From a virus: 64,000 bases of DNA. The notes under the pieces are model-generated. The model had not been told where the DNA came from. It was given only the letters and a program-made list of their open reading frames with translations, and made no database searches. The stretch is taken from positions 31,912-95,911 of the IMG/VR virus record IMGVR_UViG_3300050120_000309; one strand, written 5' to 3'. How positions within the stretch are numbered: position 1 is the stretch's first letter; the number at the start of each line of letters is the position of its first letter. Shown in pieces: positions 57,699 to 64,000 of this stretch. Position numbers and translations under genes: made by a program.

Positions 57699-58095
57699 CG
57701 TCTTCGTCTTCGGTTCAAATCGCGCAGGGAAACACGGCAAAGGTGCCGCAGCTGACGCACGTGACTTTTATGGCGCTATCCGATGGCGAGGTGAAGGGAT
57801 TCAAGGTCCAGGTCTATTTGGAACCAGTTATGGAATCCCCACCAAGGACCGATGGCTCCAGATCCTGGAACTAGATCAGATCAATCGCCATGTTGATCGG
57901 TTCCTTCTCTATGCAGTGATGCATGCAGAAGATAACAACCTGATCACTCGGATTGGATGTGGTCTATCCCTCTACACCAATGAACAGATCGCCCCGATGT
58001 TCCGCGGCGCTCCTGACAACTGTAGCTTCGATCCCGAATGGCTTCCGTGGGGTCTCAAGACGTGGATCAAACCACCACATAAAGGAACACAGTGA
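57685..58095 (+). CDS. A1S_2505-like phage protein (macro-like fold, inferred)
   Basis: VFVFGSN.AG.HG.GAA..A...GA..G.G.QG..Y.IPTK...T.IGCG signature. Confidence 0.75.
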   Translation: MAENDVFVFGSNRAGKHGKGAAADARDFYGAIRWRGEGIQGPGLFGTSYGIPTKDRWLQILELDQINRHVDRFLLYAVMHAEDNNLITRIGCGLSLYTNEQIAPMFRGAPDNCSFDPEWLPWGLKTWIKPPHKGTQ

Positions 58096-58952
58096 TCAAG
58101 CTCCTCAGTATGACTAATACAGAAGGTCATTTGACCTTCCCTGCAGGTAAAGAGATCAAGTTCAACAGCTTTGTATTCTCCGGAGGGGAGATCCAGGTCC
58201 AGGTTGGACCGAAAGATTGTCCCCATTGCTCGCTACCGCGCGTCGTAAAGATCGTCGCTGATGTGTTCTCAGCTATCGACTTCATGACCTTGATTCATAC
58301 GGTGGATGCACTTCGGCGCCGTGGTACCGAAGAGATTCACCTGGTCTGCAAATACCTTCCGTATGCGCGCCAGGATCGTGTAATGGAAAACGGTGAATCC
58401 CTTGGAATCAAGGTTGCTACCGATCTCATCAACTCCCTTAACTTCAAATCTGTCGAAGTCTGGGATGTTCACAGCGATACCTCGCTGGCCCTGATAAACA
58501 ACGTCCATCACGTGGACCAGGGGTCCTTTGCCCGCTTTGCTTGGCCGGCATTTGAGCCAGGTGTGGTCCTCGTTGCGCCCGACGGCGGCGCCTTGAAGAA
58601 GGTGTTCAAGACAGCTAAAGGTTATGACCGCGACATGGTCGTTGCCGAGAAGCATCGGGACACCAAGACAGGTGAGATCACCGGAACAACTGTTCACTCC
58701 GAGCATATCGGAGACCGGAACTTCCTGATCCTCGATGACATATGCGACGGCGGTCGTACATTCACTGAGTTGGCCAAGGTCCTTCGTCCCCTGACGAATG
58801 GCAAGGTCTATCTCTATGTGACCCACGCCATCATGTCGAAAGGTCTCGATGTGTTCAAAGGTCTGATCGACCACATCTACACGGCTAATCCGTTCCCGGG
58901 TGTGGATCTCACAAACCCCATCATCAGCAAGATTCAGATGCCTACGGGCTAG
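58092..58952 (+). CDS. Ribose-phosphate pyrophosphokinase-like enzyme (probable NARP1 Adps)
   Basis: FSGGE, YLPYARQDR, DVHS, APDGGA, K.RD, ILDDICDGGRTF and YVTH motifs. Confidence 0.85.
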   Translation: MIKLLSMTNTEGHLTFPAGKEIKFNSFVFSGGEIQVQVGPKDCPHCSLPRVVKIVADVFSAIDFMTLIHTVDALRRRGTEEIHLVCKYLPYARQDRVMENGESLGIKVATDLINSLNFKSVEVWDVHSDTSLALINNVHHVDQGSFARFAWPAFEPGVVLVAPDGGALKKVFKTAKGYDRDMVVAEKHRDTKTGEITGTTVHSEHIGDRNFLILDDICDGGRTFTELAKVLRPLTNGKVYLYVTHAIMSKGLDVFKGLIDHIYTANPFPGVDLTNPIISKIQMPTG

Positions 58953-58959
58953 GAGCTTC

Positions 58960-60654
58960 ATGTTCAAGATCTTCGCACCGCACGCGGCCGACTTCTATAA
59001 GACCGGCCACCCCTTCATGTTCCCCGAGCAGCTTGAAGAGCTCTATGGCAACTTCACGCCCCGCGGCGACAAGCTGGCCAAGGTTCTACCGGACTTCGAT
59101 CACAAGATCACCTGGGTGGGCTTTCAGCCTGTTCTCCAGTATCTGTTGATCGATCTCTGGAACGATACCTTCTTCAACGTCCCGAAGGAGAAGGCAATCG
59201 CCAAGTACAAGCGCCGGATGGATCTCGCGCTCGGTGAAGGGGAAATCCCAACCTGGAAACTGGCGGATCTGCACGATCTCGGCTATTTGCCGCTGACCAT
59301 CAAGGCCCTGCCCGAGGGTGTTCGCGTCGACATTCGTGTCCCGCCCTACACCGTCAAGAGCAATCAGCCCAAGCATGCCTGGATCGAGCAGTATATCGAG
59401 ACCCAGATGTCTGCTGAGGTCTGGAAACCTCTCACCACGGCGACCAGCGCCTTTGAGTTCCGGCGGCTCTTCACTCGCTATGCGATTGAGACCGGGATCG
59501 ACCTGGGCTTCGTGGACTGGCAAGGTCATGACTTCTCCATGCGGGGAATGTCTGGCCTGATCGACGCCACGACATCTGGTGCAGCTCACCTGATGCTCTT
59601 CAACGGAAGCGACACGATCTCTGCGATCGACTTCCTTGAGGACTACTATCCCGACACACAGCCAATCATTGCAGGGTCTGTTCCTGCAACTGAGCACGCT
59701 GTCTCCTCCAGCAACATCATCATGATCGCTGCTTCTCTTGAGAAGTATGGTCAGTGGAATGGCTGGACCACGGAGAGTCTGAACCCTCGCCTCAGCGATC
59801 CGTATTTATATCAGATCGCACCAGAGAATCGCCAGGCCTACTTCGATGCATGTCCGATCATCGAGATGGCGGAAGTCGCCTTCCTCAAGCACATGCTGGT
59901 CAACGTCAAGCCCAAAGGGATCTTCTCCTATGTGGCAGATACGTATGACTTCTGGGCTGTGGTTACGCGCATCGCCAATCACCTCAAGAAGGAGATCATG
60001 GCCCGTGAGGGTAAAGTGGTCTTCCGTCCTGATTCGGGCGATCCGGTCAAGATACTGGTTGGAGACGTAGAGTCAAGACTGATTGCCAGTCCAGAGTATG
60101 AAGGTGCAGTCCAGGTTCTCTGGAGCATCTTTGGCGGCAAGGTCAACTCGGCCGACTATGCAGAGCTTGACAGCCACGTGGGTCTCATCTACGGGGACTC
60201 GATCTCGCTCGAGCGCGCCGGCAGTATTCTTGAGGGTCTCAAGCTGAAGGGTTTCGCATCCAGCAATGCTGTCTTCGGCATTGGATCGTTCACCTATCAG
60301 TTCGTCACGCGCGATACCTTCGGAACCGCTATCAAAGCTACTCATGCCGTCATCGCCGGCCAAGAACATGACCTGTTCAAGGATCCGAAGACCGATAACG
60401 GTATGAAGAAGTCCGCTCGCGGATTCATTCGTATTGAGAACGAAGACGGGCACTACGTGATGTATGACCGACAGACCCGGGAGCAGGAAGCCCAGGGTGA
60501 ACTGAAGGTTGTGTTCGAGAACAGCAAGATGGTCAAGATGCATACGGCCAATGAGGTTCGAGCACGCATTCGTAACGCAGTTCTGGATATATGTGAGATC
60601 GATAAGGCACCCATATGGCAAAGAGTAAGCGCAAGAGTAGCAGCAGCAAAGTAA
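58960..60654 (+). CDS. Nicotinamide phosphoribosyltransferase-like enzyme (probable NARP1 Namat)
   Basis: DFYK.GH, HDFSMRG, GSDT, SVPATEH, DTYD, RPDSGDP, GLIYGDSI, GIGS and KDPKTD..KKSA.G motifs; AGGAG RBS. Confidence 0.9.
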   Translation: MFKIFAPHAADFYKTGHPFMFPEQLEELYGNFTPRGDKLAKVLPDFDHKITWVGFQPVLQYLLIDLWNDTFFNVPKEKAIAKYKRRMDLALGEGEIPTWKLADLHDLGYLPLTIKALPEGVRVDIRVPPYTVKSNQPKHAWIEQYIETQMSAEVWKPLTTATSAFEFRRLFTRYAIETGIDLGFVDWQGHDFSMRGMSGLIDATTSGAAHLMLFNGSDTISAIDFLEDYYPDTQPIIAGSVPATEHAVSSSNIIMIAASLEKYGQWNGWTTESLNPRLSDPYLYQIAPENRQAYFDACPIIEMAEVAFLKHMLVNVKPKGIFSYVADTYDFWAVVTRIANHLKKEIMAREGKVVFRPDSGDPVKILVGDVESRLIASPEYEGAVQVLWSIFGGKVNSADYAELDSHVGLIYGDSISLERAGSILEGLKLKGFASSNAVFGIGSFTYQFVTRDTFGTAIKATHAVIAGQEHDLFKDPKTDNGMKKSARGFIRIENEDGHYVMYDRQTREQEAQGELKVVFENSKMVKMHTANEVRARIRNAVLDICEIDKAPIWQRVSARVAAAK

Positions 60655-60920
60655 TCACGATGGCTGTCCGGCAACCTGTCGGGCAGCCCGTGAACCACGC
60701 CAAGACCATCTGGGAATCGCAGAATGTCCCAGAGGACAAGGCAGCTGAGTGGTTCGAAGGTGAAGCTGAACGCTGGGCCTCCTGGTCTGGTTACAGCTTG
60801 GAGTCAACTCGCGGGGTGTTATCTCGCTGGTTGTCTTTCATGGCCCTGATGAATGGCCAGGATACCAAACGAATCGCAGTGCTCTTCGGTCAACACGCAC
60901 CAGTACCAATGGCAGCCTAA
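60615..60920 (+). CDS. Hypothetical protein
   Basis: 101 aa. Confidence 0.55.
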   Translation: MAKSKRKSSSSKVITMAVRQPVGQPVNHAKTIWESQNVPEDKAAEWFEGEAERWASWSGYSLESTRGVLSRWLSFMALMNGQDTKRIAVLFGQHAPVPMAA

Positions 60921-60930
60921 GGAGGCAAGC

Positions 60931-61284
60931 ATGGGAACCAGTTTTCGTCCTGTTAGAGAGACCTGGGGAGTTCACTCCTCAACCTTCGTCAAGCCCTTCG
61001 AGTTGGAATCTATTCTCGAAGAACTCGGCGAGGTAGCCTTCTGTGGAAATGTCGATACCCTCGATTACGGTGAGGTTCGCTCCGTTGCATTCGAAGAGGG
61101 ACAGAAGCTCATCGACTACCTGACTGAGAAGACAACGGATGAACTCGTTGCAGTACTCATCGACGTTTTCGACGAGGAATCTCCCTTGCGATCCCTAATT
61201 ACCAATTTGAAGGGCATGTGCGTGAGCTTTCAGGACCTTCTTGGTAGCGACGGGGAATTGACCTTCTACATCGACGCCTACTAA
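60931..61284 (+). CDS. Acidic hypothetical protein
   Basis: AAGGAGG RBS before ATG 60931. Confidence 0.65.
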   Translation: MGTSFRPVRETWGVHSSTFVKPFELESILEELGEVAFCGNVDTLDYGEVRSVAFEEGQKLIDYLTEKTTDELVAVLIDVFDEESPLRSLITNLKGMCVSFQDLLGSDGELTFYIDAY

Positions 61285-61285
61285 G

Positions 61286-61294
61286 CTTTGGCTC
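61286..61294 (+). promoter_or_regulatory. CTTTGGCTC promoter-like box
   Basis: Exact copy; TACCCT lies 17 nt after TTGGCT; upstream of 61371. Confidence 0.7.
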
Positions 61295-61370
61295 GTCTGC
61301 CAAGCCGTCATACCCTGAATTTGCTTCCAGTTGTATCGGAACAATAACCCTGCAACACAAGGACAACACC

Positions 61371-61652
61371 ATGGCAAAGAACAACTTCACCACCCGTGAG
61401 CGCAGCGCTCTGATTTCCCTTCGTAGCAATGGCGTTTCGGCCAAGAACCTCGCAACCGCATTCGGCGTTACCCTCGGCAGCGTCTACTCGACGACCGTCG
61501 ACGCCGCTCCTGCGCGTACCAGTTCGCGCCAGTCTTCGGCCAAGCCCCTTCCGACTGCTGTTGCGGCGCCTGTCGCAGCCAGCAAGACTACCCGTGCCCG
61601 CAAGGTTACGATCAAGCCGGTCAGCCGGATGACCAACAGCCTCTGTAACTAA
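61371..61652 (+). CDS. Small HTH protein with basic Ala/Lys/Arg-rich tail
   Basis: GVSAKNLATAFGVTLGSVY HTH pattern; flanked by a promoter box and a terminator. Confidence 0.65.
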   Translation: MAKNNFTTRERSALISLRSNGVSAKNLATAFGVTLGSVYSTTVDAAPARTSSRQSSAKPLPTAVAAPVAASKTTRARKVTIKPVSRMTNSLCN

Positions 61653-61669
61653 GTCGGTTCAATCATCTC

Positions 61670-61698
61670 AGGGGCCAGAGTATTCTCTGGTCCCTTTG
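61670..61698 (+). terminator. Intrinsic terminator
   Basis: AGGGGCCAGAG-TATT-CTCTGGTCCCT-TTG. Confidence 0.65.
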
Positions 61699-61756
61699 TG
61701 ATCTCTACACACAAACACCGATGTGATTCTGTTCTACGACTGGATACAGTAGCCTC

Positions 61757-62908
61757 ATGCCGAAGCAATACACCCGTGTCGAATTAGTTCTTGCTTCACT
61801 AAATCGCAAGACCGGCGATATCATTTATACGTTCAAGCAGACGTTTCCCCGGTTGATCCTTGCTGAACTGAACACGCACACTATCGCTTCGAAGAGCGCC
61901 GCCTCGAGCCGCGCTATCCCGACATTGAAACAGCTCTGGAACATTCTCCGTGATCCGTTCCTTCCGATCTCCATTGGTTCCTACCAGGCGGGCATGCAGG
62001 CCGGCGATGAGATCCAGGGCTGGAGACGCACCACCTGTGAGCAATTGTGGCTCCTTGCCCGGTATCCTGCTCTCCTTGCGGCATGGCTCAGCTTTAAGCT
62101 GGGCGCGCCCAAGCAGTTCTCCAATCGCCTCGTGGAACCGTGGATGTGGGTAGAACAGCTCTGGACGTCTACTGACGTTGAGAATGAACTTCTGCTTCGC
62201 AACAGCTATATGGCTGAACCTCATTACGAGCTCTTGGCCCAGCAGAAGCAAATCCTGATCAATCGGATCAAAGCACACTTCGCAGGAACAATTGACCCGC
62301 CACTTGCAAGAAAGCTACAGGTTCTTGAGCATGGCGATTGGCACATGCCATTCCTCAACAGCGGGGACTTCTATCTGGATCTTGAGACCTTGATCCGGAA
62401 GAACATCATTGGTTTTACCGAGAACGGCATCCGTGTTCTCGATCGTAAGACCGCCGAATTCACGATGATTCCCAATCTTCATCTGCCCTTGGATATCGCC
62501 AAAGCAGTCTCAGCTGCACGTTGTGCTTGGATCAGCTATTACATGCCCGGGGACGACAGTCAGCGCATGGGTAATACTGCAGCCGCTCTCCTGACCTATG
62601 CCAAGCTGTCTGCCGGCACTATCCGGCATCTCAGCCCGCTTCAGCATGTCGCTACGCCTCTGCCCTTCAGTGTCAGAGTTGGCTCTCATGTGGGTTGGAT
62701 GATGTTCCGCAAGCAGATTCCGAACGAAGCGGGCGGCGACAAGGTCGTCCCTTCGATCACTCCACAGATGGCCTTCCGCTTGTTACAGGATGTCGAAGAG
62801 GGATCGGATTCCATCACTCAACTCCATAACTTACAGCTCGGTTTCCTGGACGAGATCAAGGAACAACAGTCGATCTTCCGATCGCAGAACGGAGCATATA
62901 TTGCCTAG
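61757..62908 (+). CDS. thyX: Flavin-dependent thymidylate synthase-like (phage ThyX/Thy1 type)
   Basis: PR.I.AE.NTH...S..AASSRAIP, KQ..NRL.EP, SAARCA.ISY and H.SP..H motifs. Confidence 0.75.
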   Translation: MPKQYTRVELVLASLNRKTGDIIYTFKQTFPRLILAELNTHTIASKSAASSRAIPTLKQLWNILRDPFLPISIGSYQAGMQAGDEIQGWRRTTCEQLWLLARYPALLAAWLSFKLGAPKQFSNRLVEPWMWVEQLWTSTDVENELLLRNSYMAEPHYELLAQQKQILINRIKAHFAGTIDPPLARKLQVLEHGDWHMPFLNSGDFYLDLETLIRKNIIGFTENGIRVLDRKTAEFTMIPNLHLPLDIAKAVSAARCAWISYYMPGDDSQRMGNTAAALLTYAKLSAGTIRHLSPLQHVATPLPFSVRVGSHVGWMMFRKQIPNEAGGDKVVPSITPQMAFRLLQDVEEGSDSITQLHNLQLGFLDEIKEQQSIFRSQNGAYIA

Positions 62909-63302
62909 CTACGACGAAGAAGTACACGAAGAGACCCATGCCCATGAACCAGAGACTTTGCAGGTCGTTGACCCCGTCGCCATCGCCTTTACCGAAACTC
63001 AAGAGGCAGATGTTCCCTTTACCATGGCAGCCGCTTCCGCCGTCCTCGCCAAGGTGTATCCCGAGCACGACAAGATCGCTGCAAGTGTAGATCAATACGC
63101 CACGATCGAGAAGTTCATGTCCCATCTCGGCAACCAGGGTATCTTCCTGGCTGAGGTTGCTGCTCGTAATGATAGGCAACCTGGCACCCTCAAGTACTCG
63201 CGCACAAGTCTGGATCACCACATCAAATCGTTCCTTGGTGTGAACCTTCCAGCATTGGCCAGCGAGAAGCAGGAGATTCTGCTAGAGGCTGCAAAGGGAT
63301 AA
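62901..63302 (+). CDS. Hypothetical protein
   Basis: GGAG RBS before TTG 62901. Confidence 0.6.
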   Translation: MPSYDEEVHEETHAHEPETLQVVDPVAIAFTETQEADVPFTMAAASAVLAKVYPEHDKIAASVDQYATIEKFMSHLGNQGIFLAEVAARNDRQPGTLKYSRTSLDHHIKSFLGVNLPALASEKQEILLEAAKG

Positions 63303-64000
63303 TGCTCACTCTCGTCGATCACGTTATGGAGGCCGGTTATCCCGGCCTCCACTCCGATATTGTCCATGCCTTTGAGGCTGGATCAGCGCTGCACGGCGCA
63401 CGCATGCTTGGTAAGTCAGACTTTGACGTTGCTGGTGTGTTTATTGAATCCCCTGTTCGTAGGGTTGGGCTCCATAAGATGGACCACTTCGTCACTTCTA
63501 CCGGCGACAATACCAGCCGGAACACGAAGGACGACAAAGACTTTCAGTTTCAATCCTTAGGACATTGGGCGATGCTCGCCGCTGCGGGCAACCCCACAAT
63601 CCTTGCGTCTGCCTTCGCTCCACCTTTGCCTGGTGTATCGAATGTGTGGACAAATCACATTCTGCCCAACATCCACCATTTCATGGCGAAGAAGCACACT
63701 AACGCTTTCATGGGCTATGGAACCAACCAGTTCCATCGTATGCAAAAGACCAAAGGTGCTGGAAAGCATGGTCAACGCCTCGAACTTGAATCTCAATTTG
63801 GATTTGATACCAAGGCAGCAATGCATATGATCCGCTTGATGTATGAGGGGATCGAACTGATGCAGACGGGAAGGATTACATTTCCTCGACCGGAGAAAGA
63901 ACTACTCCTCGAGATTCGAAAGGGTGAATGGAGCCAGCCCAAAGTGGAAGCGCACTTTCTGGACCTGGAGCAACGTCTACGTGAGGCAGAAGCAGAGTCG
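63302..64000 (+). CDS. Pol-beta superfamily nucleotidyltransferase (runs off the window)
   Basis: My translation from ATG 63302 gives ...AGSALHG...SDFDVAGVF...GNPTIL...GFDTKAAMHMIRL, matching GS/DxD; no stop before 64000, so absent from the ORF track. Confidence 0.8.
   Translation, partial: MLTLVDHVMEAGYPGLHSDIVHAFEAGSALHGARMLGKSDFDVAGVFIESPVRRVGLHKMDHFVTSTGDNTSRNTKDDKDFQFQSLGHWAMLAAAGNPTILASAFAPPLPGVSNVWTNHILPNIHHFMAKKHTNAFMGYGTNQFHRMQKTKGAGKHGQRLELESQFGFDTKAAMHMIRLMYEGIELMQTGRITFPRPEKELLLEIRKGEWSQPKVEAHFLDLEQRLREAEAES

Overview
This window is a 64-kb segment of a large tailed dsDNA phage genome with two divergent arms that meet at about 26.7 kb. The minus-strand arm (1-26.7 kb) holds the head and packaging module: major capsid, Com-like Zn ribbon, decoration-like protein, prohead protease/scaffold, portal and large terminase. 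It also carries a glycine-zipper virion-protein cluster, homing endonucleases, a JAB protease, a metallophosphoesterase, a GNAT, a C39-like peptidase and many small ORFs. The plus-strand arm (26.8-64 kb) is early/accessory. It encodes an M48 protease, a ~930-aa single-subunit two-barrel (YonO/QDE-1-like) polymerase with an atypical DxDD catalytic loop, a NiCoT transporter, a glycosyltransferase-like protein, an ATP-dependent ligase with an apparently permuted LigD phosphoesterase domain, a NARP1-like NAD pair (PRPP-synthetase-like plus NAMPT-like), a ThyX-like protein and a truncated nucleotidyltransferase. Several structured intergenic elements lie in this arm. The best candidate for an undescribed system is transcriptional: the unusual polymerase, a structured RNA element directly behind it, and two phage-specific promoter-like motifs. 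CTTTGGCTC occurs in 10 exact copies plus 1 variant, always on the coding strand upstream of genes. TTCCTATACTAGnCAGG occurs in 3 copies in the minus arm. A palindrome-rich, AT-rich intergenic block at 19.85-20.2 kb is a candidate origin. The host may be an Acidobacterium (inference). All calls come from reading motifs by eye, and no database searches were run.
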